From Candidatus Cloacimonadota bacterium (lineage in GTDB: Bacteria > Cloacimonadota > Cloacimonadia > G963667145), in contig OY762940.1 in the NCBI GenBank assembly GCA_963667255.1, positions 1,408,001 through 1,472,000 of the forward strand: a stretch of DNA of 64,000 bases, given 5' to 3'. How positions within the stretch are numbered: position 1 is the first letter of the stretch; each line of letters begins with the position of its first letter. This document shows, piece by piece, positions 1 to 10,722 of the stretch. The position numbers were made by a program, and so were the translations under genes. A model generated the notes under the pieces. That model was not told the DNA's origin. It did no database searches and saw only the letters and a list, made by a program, of their open reading frames with translations.

Positions 1-281
1 ATAAGATGCGGAACAGCCTCGATACCCAACTTATACTGAATAGCAGCAGCAACTCCCACCGTGCCAGTTCTGCGATTTGTCGCTTCCTTCACCACTCCTG
101 CACCAGTCTGCACCAACTTATACGCCCGCTGATGATTGGTAACATTGACAAAACTACAATTGTATTTGACCAACCTCTCCAACGGGTCAAGCACTTTACC
201 AAGCTCCGAACCTCTGACCGGAGGCAACACCTCCAGCGACAAAACCGGTTTCCCTTTTTTTATAGCTTCTACAACTTTCAT
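1..281 (-). CDS. metF: Methylenetetrahydrofolate reductase, N-terminal part (runs off the window start; not in the ORF track)
   Basis: Hand translation from ATG at 281: MKVVEAIKKGKPVLSLEVLPPVRG...FVNVTNH...RRTGTVGVAAAIQYKLGIEAVPHL, matching the Bacteroidetes-type MetF N-terminus (SxExxPP, GTVG..AAI, VPHL). Confidence 0.85.
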   Translation of the reverse strand, partial: MKVVEAIKKGKPVLSLEVLPPVRGSELGKVLDPLERLVKYNCSFVNVTNHQRAYKLVQTGAGVVKEATNRRTGTVGVAAAIQYKLGIEAVPHL

Positions 282-315
282 TTATTCATCCCAAAATTTA
301 ATTTTATTTGAAACA

Positions 316-1038
316 TCAACAAAACTCCACGGCGAATTTGGATTTGATAGCGTATTGACCATCTATACAGGCGATAAACCCAAGCACATCGGGGTCTAAG
401 CCATCCAAAACAACTTGCAAATCCTCAGCGGATTTCAGACGATTGGCATAGGCAGTCGCAAAACAGTCAGCCAAAACAGCGTTCCTCGCCACAACGCACA
501 CACTATCGGCTCTCCCCTTGCTAAAACTCGGTCCGCTCTTGCCGGAAGAAGTCGCAACACCCATAGGAAATTCATCAATAGTAATACTCAAATCCCGACT
601 GTTTTCGTCTCCGGTAGGTAGCAAAACCTTCGTCTCTTCATCTGCGAACAGATACAAGTCTCCACCGTTTTCCACCAATATTTTACCCAAATTAAATTTT
701 TGCAACAAAAACTCTCCAACTTTTTTGGCAAAAAATCCAGCAATCCCCGCGAGAGGTCCAACTCCCGCTTGTTGCGAACATTTCTTCAGCTCCACAATAT
801 CATCAGTATCTCCAATCTTCACATCCACAGGCAATAGTGAACGCAAGCTAACAAAATCGGAATAGCTCTCCAAACTCTCCCGCAAAGAAACAATCTGTTG
901 CAAAAGCTCTTTCCCGATGACATCTCTGTCCACATTTGCCAAATAATGCACCACAATATCGCTGTCCTTGTGGCACGCCTGCACCCTCTCCCAACTTCCA
1001 GTGCTCAAACTCCTGTAAATGCGGAAATTATCGTTCAT
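316..1038 (-). CDS. UPF0280/ApbE-like protein (COG2122), sulfur-assimilation partner of COG1900
   Basis: AGVGPLAGIAG, ENGGD, GVATSSGKSGPSFSKGRADSV and ADCFATAYAN motifs. Confidence 0.85.
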   Translation of the reverse strand: MNDNFRIYRSLSTGSWERVQACHKDSDIVVHYLANVDRDVIGKELLQQIVSLRESLESYSDFVSLRSLLPVDVKIGDTDDIVELKKCSQQAGVGPLAGIAGFFAKKVGEFLLQKFNLGKILVENGGDLYLFADEETKVLLPTGDENSRDLSITIDEFPMGVATSSGKSGPSFSKGRADSVCVVARNAVLADCFATAYANRLKSAEDLQVVLDGLDPDVLGFIACIDGQYAIKSKFAVEFC

Positions 1039-2182
1039 CCTTCTCCCGCAAAATCAATGGCTTTTGAACAATTTTGTCTTCAAACAGTTCCACCGGCTGA
1101 TTAATCTTGAAAATTCCCGACTTAATATTGTCCGCCAAAATATCCGCTATCTCTCTGGCTTTGTCCAGATTAGAAAAAGAGAATGTCTTGATTTTCTTCC
1201 CCGCAACTTCTATCTCGCCACTAAAAAGTTGCTGATAATTGACCTTTGCCAGAGCAGGATGCCCGTTCACAGAATAGTCTCGAACGAAAGTCTCGATTTG
1301 CTCATTGGCGACACTCACATTGGCAGCTATCTCCTCATTGAGGACAGGAATAGGAATGCCGACTCCCACGAAAAGACTCACACCGTAATTTTGCAACACC
1401 AAGGGTTTGATAAAATCGGGGTTCATCCTCTTCATATCGCCTATCAGAGCCAAAGCTGCCGACTGCTCCAAGGGAATGCCGTGTTCGTTCAACTCTCGCT
1501 GATTGTCATACTGCGTGCCTTGCCAGCTCACATATCCTCTGGCTCCTACCAAAAAAACTCTCGTGCCGACACCGATTGCTTGCATATGCGGGTCATTGAG
1601 CAGAGGGCTGAGTTCGCCCGCACTGGAATAGCTTACATTACCGAAATCGGAAAGCAATTTCCCCATGTAAGTGTAAATGTCCTTGCCACTTGAGTTGACA
1701 GCAGCTGGATAATTTTGATAAGCATTCCGCGGGTTGTAAAGGTAAGCCTGATTGATGTCGTCCAACTTGAAATAGGTTTTCACCTCTTTCCGCGGATAGC
1801 AGTCAGTTCCTTTGCCCTGTGCTTCCAAACAAACGCTTTTGCCAGCTATCAAATCGCAAATCACATGTGCTCCGCCATAACCAGGGTTGTCCGGATTCTC
1901 GGCAGTCGCTCCCAAATAGGTATCAGCAGCAGCCAAACCACCGTGAGCAGGCACTCCGTTAAGATAGATTTTCTCCATCCTAATAGGCAAATCCAAATTA
2001 CCGAAATTTAAAAAACAGCCTGATGAACACATCGGAGCAAAAGTCGCCGTGGTCACCACATCTACTTCCTTGCAAATTTCCGCACTCGATTTCTTTTTGG
2101 CGAGTTGCGTAGCTTGCTCGGCAGTGATAACTACAGCTTCTCCCGTCGCCAACCTCTTTTTGATTTCTTCAATCGTCTTCAT
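1028..2182 (-). CDS. L-aspartate semialdehyde sulfurtransferase / homocysteine biosynthesis enzyme (DUF39, COG1900)
   Basis: VDVVTTATFAPMCSSG, GLAAAD.YLGAT, YGGAHVI, GTDCYPR, NPRNAYQNY, YTYMG and ELSPLLNDP motifs; no C-terminal CBS pair. Confidence 0.9.
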   Translation of the reverse strand: MKTIEEIKKRLATGEAVVITAEQATQLAKKKSSAEICKEVDVVTTATFAPMCSSGCFLNFGNLDLPIRMEKIYLNGVPAHGGLAAADTYLGATAENPDNPGYGGAHVICDLIAGKSVCLEAQGKGTDCYPRKEVKTYFKLDDINQAYLYNPRNAYQNYPAAVNSSGKDIYTYMGKLLSDFGNVSYSSAGELSPLLNDPHMQAIGVGTRVFLVGARGYVSWQGTQYDNQRELNEHGIPLEQSAALALIGDMKRMNPDFIKPLVLQNYGVSLFVGVGIPIPVLNEEIAANVSVANEQIETFVRDYSVNGHPALAKVNYQQLFSGEIEVAGKKIKTFSFSNLDKAREIADILADNIKSGIFKINQPVELFEDKIVQKPLILREKDER

Positions 2183-2210
2183 TTTTTATACTTCCTGCCT
2201 TTTATTTAAT

Positions 2211-2246
2211 AAAAAAGGAGCCACCGTTTATCCGATGACTCCTTTT
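2211..2246 (-). terminator. Attenuator intrinsic terminator upstream of the Met operon
   Basis: mRNA AAAA-GGAGUCAUCG-GAUAAA-CGGUGGCUCC-UUUUUU: 10-bp stem plus U6, ending about 30 nt before the COG1900 start. Confidence 0.85.
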
Positions 2247-2273
2247 CTATCCAGTCTCACTGAATTTTTTAGG

Positions 2274-2336
2274 TCAAAAACGCCACCGAACAACATTAGG
2301 CATGCTCATCATCATACCATACATTCGCATCATCAT
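2274..2336 (-). CDS. Met-rich leader peptide MMMRMYGMMMSMPNVVRWRF (20 aa; alternative in-frame ATG at 2387 gives 37 aa)
   Basis: 8 ATG codons in the first 12; SD GAGG (2345-2348) 8 nt upstream; TGA at 2274-2276; lies directly before a terminator and a Met-biosynthesis operon. Confidence 0.85.
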   Translation of the reverse strand: MMMRMYGMMMSMPNVVRWRF

Positions 2337-2467
2337 AAAAGCAACCTCGCCGTGTCCGATTTCGTTCTTCACTATTTCGTTCTCCATAAATTCAACATTC
2401 GTCTTTCACGCAATTAATAATCCAAATCGGTGTCAATCCTTTTTTGCAAAATTCACACCCAGCAAAA

Positions 2468-4117
2468 CTAAAATCTGCTCGACTTCAAAAGTTCTTCAGC
2501 CTTCTCGGTAGCAGTTTTAAAATTGTCAAAAATCAACTCCTCAGCGACCAAATCCGTCAAATTATATTTAATCAACTCGTCTTTCACTTCGGCATTCACA
2601 CCAGAAATAATCACAGAGATATTTTTCTTCCGCAAAATAGACAAAACATCGTGCAGGTTACGCAGACCAGTCTGGTCGATAAACGAAACATGACGCATCC
2701 TGATAATCAGCACCTTGCATTTTAGCCCTATCTCCTCTATCGCCTCGGAATAAGTTCTGGCACAGGCGAAAAACAACGGTCCGCTTATTTCGTAAATTTT
2801 TATCTTTTGTGGCAAATCGGAATAGTTGTCCAAAAGGTCGTTGTCCACAACATCGTCAATCCGCTTTTCACTGATATCTGCCATCCGCTTCATAAAAAGT
2901 AACGCCGACAAGATGACGCCAATCTCAATTGCCAAAGTCAAATCAAAGAGGACGGTAATAAAAAAAGTCGTGAGCAAGATGAGGACATCAAAATACGAAC
3001 TTCGCAAAATAGCCACAAACGACCGCCATTCGCTCATATTATAAGAAACTACTATCAAAATTCCAGCCAAACACGACATGGGAATCAACTTCGCCCAACG
3101 ACCAAGAAAGAGCATAATCAGGAGCAAAGTAACGGCGTGAACCATACCCGAAATCGGTGTTCTTCCACCGTTTTTCACATTCGTGGCTGTGCGGGCTATC
3201 GCTCCGGTAGCGGGGATTCCTCCGAAAAAAGGCGTAACAATGTTTGCAATCCCTTGTGCAATCAACTCCGTATTGGAACGATGTTTACCGCTAATCATTC
3301 CGTCGGCTACCACAGCCGAGAGCAGAGACTCTATGCCACCAAGCAAGGCGATAGTGAGAGCAGGTGCGATGTAATTGTGCAAATCGGCAAATCTGACAGT
3401 CGGAAGAGCAAAAGCGAAACTGTTTGGTATAGAGCCGAAAAACGACTCTATCGTCGCCACATCGAGTTTGCAAAAATAGACCAACGGCGTAACGATGACA
3501 ATCGCCAAGAAAGAGCCGGGGATTTTGGAAGTGATTTTTTTGGAATAGAATGTTATCAAGATTGTGAACAGAGTGATGGCAAACGCAGTCCAATTTATCT
3601 GTGTAATATTAGCGAAATACACGAGCCATTTCTGATGAAAAACTGACGGAACTTTGGCAATATTCAGCCCCAGAGCGTCTTTGATTTGCGTGGAAAAAAT
3701 CGTCACGGCAATCCCGCTGGTAAAACCGACTATCAGAGAATGAGGGAAAAATTTGAGCAATGTTCCCATCTTGAGCAATCCGAAAAGTATCAAAATCACT
3801 CCGGCTAAAATGGTGGAAATGATAAGCCCGTCCACTCCATAACTCTCGACAATACCGTAAACTATGACAATGAAAGCACCAGTCGGACCGCCAATCTGCA
3901 CACGGCTACCACCAAGAAAGGAGATGATGAAACCCGCAACAATGGCGGTAATCAGCCCCTTCTCAGGAGAGACACCAGAAGCCACAGCAAAAGCAATCGC
4001 CAAAGGCAAAGCAACGATGCCAACTACTATTCCCGACAGGATGTCAGCGACTATCTGCTTTCGCTCTATTCCCGCCTTTAGCACGGTAAAAAATTTTGGT
4101 TTGAAAATTGTATTCAT
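2468..4117 (-). CDS. sulP: SulP/SLC26 anion permease with STAS domain
   Basis: GIVALPLAIAFA, GGSRVQIGGPTGAF, PATGAIART motifs; C-terminal STAS (GPLFFA, IDQTG). Confidence 0.92.
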   Translation of the reverse strand: MNTIFKPKFFTVLKAGIERKQIVADILSGIVVGIVALPLAIAFAVASGVSPEKGLITAIVAGFIISFLGGSRVQIGGPTGAFIVIVYGIVESYGVDGLIISTILAGVILILFGLLKMGTLLKFFPHSLIVGFTSGIAVTIFSTQIKDALGLNIAKVPSVFHQKWLVYFANITQINWTAFAITLFTILITFYSKKITSKIPGSFLAIVIVTPLVYFCKLDVATIESFFGSIPNSFAFALPTVRFADLHNYIAPALTIALLGGIESLLSAVVADGMISGKHRSNTELIAQGIANIVTPFFGGIPATGAIARTATNVKNGGRTPISGMVHAVTLLLIMLFLGRWAKLIPMSCLAGILIVVSYNMSEWRSFVAILRSSYFDVLILLTTFFITVLFDLTLAIEIGVILSALLFMKRMADISEKRIDDVVDNDLLDNYSDLPQKIKIYEISGPLFFACARTYSEAIEEIGLKCKVLIIRMRHVSFIDQTGLRNLHDVLSILRKKNISVIISGVNAEVKDELIKYNLTDLVAEELIFDNFKTATEKAEELLKSSRF

Positions 4118-4221
4118 AGCAGTCTTGCAAAAAAATGCTGAAAATATGTAAATCTAATTTAGAAGATTTGTTGGAAGGTGTAAGAAGCAAGGAGACAATC
4201 TTGCTTTGGGCATCACACCTC

Positions 4222-4310
4222 CTCATTCCCACAAAAGCGGGAATCCAGTTGGGTTGGAGCAGGACGCCAACACGAAAAGATGAATGAGTCCCGTCTTCAC
4301 GAGGACGAGG
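4222..4310. repeat. REP/dRS3-like palindromic element with a degenerate inverted partner
   Basis: ATTCCC-ACAAAAGC-GGGAAT-CCAG at 4225-4248 (ATTCCC-N8-GGGAAT); decayed inverted copy GAGTCCCGTCTTCACGAGGACGAGG at 4286-4310. Confidence 0.55.
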
Positions 4311-4320
4311 GAAGAAGAAC

Positions 4321-4354
4321 AAAAAAACACTGGCGAGTTACCAACTCGACAGTG
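4321..4354 (-). terminator. Intrinsic terminator of the RM operon
   Basis: Hairpin CACTG-G-CGAGTT/AACTCG-A-CAGTG followed on the minus strand by a T run. Confidence 0.65.
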
Positions 4355-4393
4355 CTCCGTATCTTTTCATTTTTATTTTTTATCTTTTATTTT

Positions 4394-5533
4394 TCATTTT
4401 CCCACCACTTTTTTGGTGGCTGCTATTTTGCTGTCGGCAAACATTACGACATCTTTTATAACCAGTTTTTGAATGGCGGAAATAAAAGTTTCCATTATAT
4501 TATAGTTTGGCTCGTTGTTTTGAGTTGGGAGATTCATTAATTGATTTGCAATAATATTTACATTAAAGCTTGAACTACCCCAAGAAAATGAACTAAAAGA
4601 TTTTGTCATTGTTGAAATAAAAAATAAAGCATTCAATTTATTGAAATTAGTTGTTTTGGATTTTAAAATTTTTATTTTATCCCCTGTGAAATAAGGCTTT
4701 TCTTGGTAAAACATTGTTGCCGTATCTTGTCCAAAAGAGATTGTATTTCCATTATTCAAAAATTGTTCGTCCTCATTTATATAGCCACGAATACCATTAT
4801 TTAAACTCGTTCTTACAACATAGGGTTTACCAATTTCTGAAATAGAAACCTTGTTAGCATCAAATCTTTTTTTATAAGAATTTATCTCAAACAATTCCCC
4901 AATTGCAAACTCTCCCCACTCAAACTTCTCATTTTCAAAATATCGCAAAACTTCTTGCTCTTTTTGGGTGAGCTCATAATCTTTGAGACCTGTTGTCAAA
5001 AGATAGGCTTCCAGCTCCGCCACTCGCTCCGCTTCCAGCTCCGCTATAAACTCTTCCATAAATTCAAAATCTATTTCGCCATTTTTAGTGGGAAGTTGGA
5101 TTTTGGTTTTATTCATAGCATCACGATTAAATTTATTCCCATAATCATATTGTTTAGAAGTGGAAACTCTACAAGCAGAAATAATAACACTTGCAATAGC
5201 TTTATTAAAAGGTTCAAATTTTGGGACTAAATGTTGAATATGAGAATATCCTATAAAATCATTTTCTTGATAATACATTGTATCTGCTCCTAAAGTTGTA
5301 TCAGAGCAACTGATTGTATTTCCTTTGTTATTTGCTTCCAAATTAGAAAATCCCATTACCCCATTATTAGATGAAGAATTTGAAATCAATGGAACATTAC
5401 CACTTTCAGAAATTATCTCTTCATTTTTTAATTTGTAATATTTTGTCGGATTTATCTCAAACAAATCCCCCAATCTGTATTCTCCCCACTCAACACTTTC
5501 CAGTTTCTCGCTGAGTGGGGAAACTATTTTCCC
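4394..5533 (-). CDS. Specificity (S/beta) subunit of a BcgI-like type IIB RM system, two TRDs; no convincing own start codon, probably entered by -1 frameshift
   Basis: Duplicated EWGE..LG.LFEIN and I/LQLPT..N motifs around two variable regions; first in-frame ATG lies well inside TRD1. Confidence 0.8.
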   Translation of the reverse strand, partial: GKIVSPLSEKLESVEWGEYRLGDLFEINPTKYYKLKNEEIISESGNVPLISNSSSNNGVMGFSNLEANNKGNTISCSDTTLGADTMYYQENDFIGYSHIQHLVPKFEPFNKAIASVIISACRVSTSKQYDYGNKFNRDAMNKTKIQLPTKNGEIDFEFMEEFIAELEAERVAELEAYLLTTGLKDYELTQKEQEVLRYFENEKFEWGEFAIGELFEINSYKKRFDANKVSISEIGKPYVVRTSLNNGIRGYINEDEQFLNNGNTISFGQDTATMFYQEKPYFTGDKIKILKSKTTNFNKLNALFFISTMTKSFSSFSWGSSSFNVNIIANQLMNLPTQNNEPNYNIMETFISAIQKLVIKDVVMFADSKIAATKKVVGK

Positions 5534-5547
5534 AAGCGGTCGTCCTC
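5481..5547 (-). promoter_or_regulatory. Putative programmed -1 ribosomal frameshift cassette
   Basis: SD-like GAGG (5544-5547), heptamer G-GGA-AAA (5527-5533), TAG (5524-5526), 14-bp hairpin (5510-5523 pairing with 5481-5494). Confidence 0.75.
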
Positions 5548-7316
5548 GCTTTTTTGAGATTTTAGAATATTGGATACTTCCCAAGCAAGATAATCACTCA
5601 CCGTTTTTTTGAAATCTTGCAAAGTTGGTTTGGTGTCTATGGGAGCAGTTTTGTTCCAATCGGCACCATTTTGTGGGTCAATAGTGCTTTCGTGATACTC
5701 TTTTTCTGTGAAAATATTGAGTTTGTTTTTGCCAAACCGCACCAAATTTACCAACTCTTCATATCTTTCTTTGGCTTGGTTTGTATCTTTCAGGTTATTG
5801 CTGGATTTTTTGCGATTGGTTCTGGTGTAGCCATCGTTGGAAAAATCGATAAACTTCACTACTTCATCTTTGTTGTGAGCCTCGTTCACTCTAAAAACAT
5901 AAACATTGGTTTGTACACTGGATTTGCCAATAAACAAATCTATAGGCATTTTGATACTTGCCAAAAGTGTATGCTTTTGCAAAATCCTTTTGTTGTATTC
6001 TTTGGCTTTCCCACTACCTGCCGAATTTTGAATAATGATTGCTGCATAACCTTTGCTCATCATATTTAGAGCCTTTTCCACAAACACCATTCCGTTGCCA
6101 GGTGCTGAATAAGGAGGATTTAGCACAAAAGCGGTGGCGGGAAATTTATTGTTAGTGTTTCCAAATGCATATTTTCCGTCAAAATCGCTCAAAGAGTTTT
6201 TGTTCAAAATATTGGAACTGCCATCGCCCATCAATATCATATTAAGAACTGCCAACATATAAATACTGGAGAGCAACTCCAATCCAAGTAATTGTTCAGC
6301 TTTTATTTTCAACTCTTTTTGTCTTAATTCATCAGGTGAAGTGATAGTATTTTTGGCATCGTTGAGCATTTCGTTCATCGCAGCTACCAAAAGTCCTGCC
6401 GAGCCTGTGGCAAAATCCCAAACGAAAGAGTCTTTGTTCACTCTGGCAAGTTTTACCAAAAATGAAGCCACATAAGAGGGAGTAAGCACCACATCGTTGA
6501 GTTTGTCTTGAGTAAAGCCAAGCCAACCATACATTTCATTAAAAAGTTTTCCTGTGAAATCAGTAGTTAAGCCGATTTTATAATAAATTCCCAAATCATC
6601 AACAATTTTACTAAAAACTCTTTTTAACTGGCTTTCATCATTCTCAACTTTATTGATATTGTCCGTCAAAAGTGTGTTGGACAATGTTCTAATGATAAGG
6701 TCTTTTTTCTCTTTCGGTAAATCTTTTTCGTTTAGATAAGCACTAACTCTATTGATCATTATATCGCCATCTCGTCCTCCGACATAAGATTGCGACTTTA
6801 ACTCATCTTTTTCCAAAACAGGAACTTTATCAGGAATACCCAAAGTAGCGATAATAGAAGCTGCCACCAAATAAACTCTATCGTTTTCGCCCAAGCCTTT
6901 TTCACTTTGATAAATATCGTTATTGAGTTTTACCAAACTAACATCAATTTCTCTTTCTTTTTGCTCTTTGAGTTTATCAATTTCTTCTTGGCTTAAACTC
7001 AAAGTTTTGACATCTTCAACAAAAGCATCAAAATTTTCTTTTTTCAAAAAAGAAAAATCGGAAAACTCACCTACTTTTTGACCAATACCAAAATTAGTTT
7101 TGGAAACATAATATACTCCAATTTGATATTGCAATTCTCCCATTTCATCTTTGTAGCCCGTCATTCCTATGGCAATAATATCTGTGTATCCAGTATAATG
7201 AAGTATGGCATTTGCATAGTGCACAGCACCATTTACCGCATAAGAATTGATATTTGAAAAATTTGGCTTATTATCAGCTTTTTTATTTTCAACCTGCCCA
7301 TCAGCATTGAGTTTTA

Positions 7317-8427
7317 GGGAGTGTGCAAATAACTGGGTCTGAAATAAGACCTAATTATGTTTGACAGAATAAGTTATGAACATTTATTAAAATGCCATGA
7401 GTATAATCAAAAAAAACGCTGTCCAAATTGTGATAGCTTAAACACAAAAAAGAAGGGATATATTTTCTCTGAAAGAACAACTAATCGTGGGAAAATTAAA
7501 GTCAAAACTCAACGATTTTATTGTAAAGATTGCCAAATAAGTTTTACCAATTTTGGATATAATAAGAGAACTCATTTTGCACCAAAATTCAAAGATAAGG
7601 TTGTTACTGACTATATTTCAACCAAAAGTTCTCTTTCTGAAGTTGCTAAAAGACATGGGATTTGTAAAAATAGTATTCTTAATTGGATACCTCAGCGAGC
7701 TAATTTATATCAGGATAATGTGTTACACAGCAATATAGATGAGACAACAATTTATATTGATGGCAAGGAAATTAAGATAAACGGTAAGCGAAAAGTTGTC
7801 TTAGTCGCCAGTAGCAAACTACTTGATAAACCAATATATTACAAGATTTATGATAGAGAACATAGTAGTTCATCTGAAGACTTTTTGAATAGACTAAAAA
7901 AAATGTATGACAACAAAATAATTGGGATTGTGTCAGATTTTGGGCGAGGGAAGTGCTTTGTTAAGCCAGTTAACCAACTTTTTGAAGATGTTCCACATCA
8001 AATTTGCTTGGTTCATTATTTAAGAAGCGTTAATATCAATGTTCCTAAAACAAAAAAGAGTAAGTTTTTTAGACGAAATATTTTCTTTAAGAACTTGATT
8101 AAGAGCATTTTAAATGCTGAAACTTTACAAGAAGCTGAAAATAATTTAAGTTCGCTTAATCACTATGAAAAATTTTTTCGCCTAAAAATTCATAAGCGTT
8201 TTATTAAATCAATTAATCGAAACTTTGGTTTATTAACTGCTCATTTTCATTACGATTTTTTGGATAAAACAACAAATAAAATTGAAAATATTAATCGACA
8301 ATTGAATAGGAAATTAAAAAATTTAGACGGATTTAAATCTGAAAAAAATATGAATCATTTTTTGAAAATTTGGTTCAATAATTATTCAAAAGGAGTGGAA
8401 ATTAGACCCAATTAAATGCACGCTCCC
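7317..8427 (+). mobile_element. IS copy 1, 1111 bp, IS256/Mutator-like
   Basis: 24-bp imperfect TIRs (GGGAGTGTGCAAATAACTGGGTCT vs GGGAGCGTGCATTTAATTGGGTCT, 20/24); 8-bp TSD GAGTTTTA at 7309-7316 and 8428-8435. Confidence 0.95.
7357..8415 (+). CDS. DDE transposase, 352 aa
   Basis: CPNC...CKDC zinc ribbon, HTH, IDG / SDFG / IENIN triad, QICLVH (CxxH) and TTNKIE motifs. Confidence 0.9.
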   Translation: MFDRISYEHLLKCHEYNQKKRCPNCDSLNTKKKGYIFSERTTNRGKIKVKTQRFYCKDCQISFTNFGYNKRTHFAPKFKDKVVTDYISTKSSLSEVAKRHGICKNSILNWIPQRANLYQDNVLHSNIDETTIYIDGKEIKINGKRKVVLVASSKLLDKPIYYKIYDREHSSSSEDFLNRLKKMYDNKIIGIVSDFGRGKCFVKPVNQLFEDVPHQICLVHYLRSVNINVPKTKKSKFFRRNIFFKNLIKSILNAETLQEAENNLSSLNHYEKFFRLKIHKRFIKSINRNFGLLTAHFHYDFLDKTTNKIENINRQLNRKLKNLDGFKSEKNMNHFLKIWFNNYSKGVEIRPN

Positions 8428-8765
8428 GAGTTTTACAAGTTTATCTTTATAACCTTTGTATTCAATAAGAATAGAATAAGACTTGGAATTTTTATCTTTC
8501 AAAAGTAATTTTGCATCAGGACGATTTGCTCCGCTTCCACCATTTTTAGTAAAATAATCAGTAAGAGCTTTATCAATTTCAGAGTTTAAAGATTCTTGCT
8601 CTAATTTATAATCTAATTTGTAGGATTTAAGCCAACCATTCGCTAAGTCAGCAATATTTGGTTCTATTGATTTTGCCATATTACTCCCTCTTATTTATCC
8701 AATTTTTTTAACATTTTAAAACGATATTTCTATAAATAAAATTATTCCCAAAAATCTTCCTCAAC

Positions 8766-10718
<1,953 letters not shown>

Positions 10719-10722
10719 CTAA

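Larger units (their letters stand above)
5524..8679 (-). pseudogene. BcgI-like type IIB restriction endonuclease-methyltransferase (alpha) gene interrupted by IS copy 1; 678 aa when repaired
   Basis: N-terminal PD...EYK nuclease motif, DFATGSAG (motif I) and LNPPY (motif IV); removing the IS plus one TSD restores the frame ...KLVKL-NADGQVEN... Confidence 0.88.

Noticed and set aside
2049..2417. Plus-strand ORF with a His-rich tract (HAHHHTIHSHHH)
   Set aside because: The CAT repeats are the reverse complement of the Met codons of the minus-strand leader; operon, SD and terminator are all on the minus strand.
2340..2460. SAM riboswitch or T-box upstream of the Met operon
   Set aside because: No SAM-I core or T-box AAGGTGGTACC-like motif visible, and the space is occupied by the leader ORF.
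5534..5584. TTG at 5584 as the start of the S subunit
   Set aside because: Lies 60 nt inside the RM gene with no SD and gives a non-S-like N-terminus; the frameshift model fits better, though this start is not excluded.
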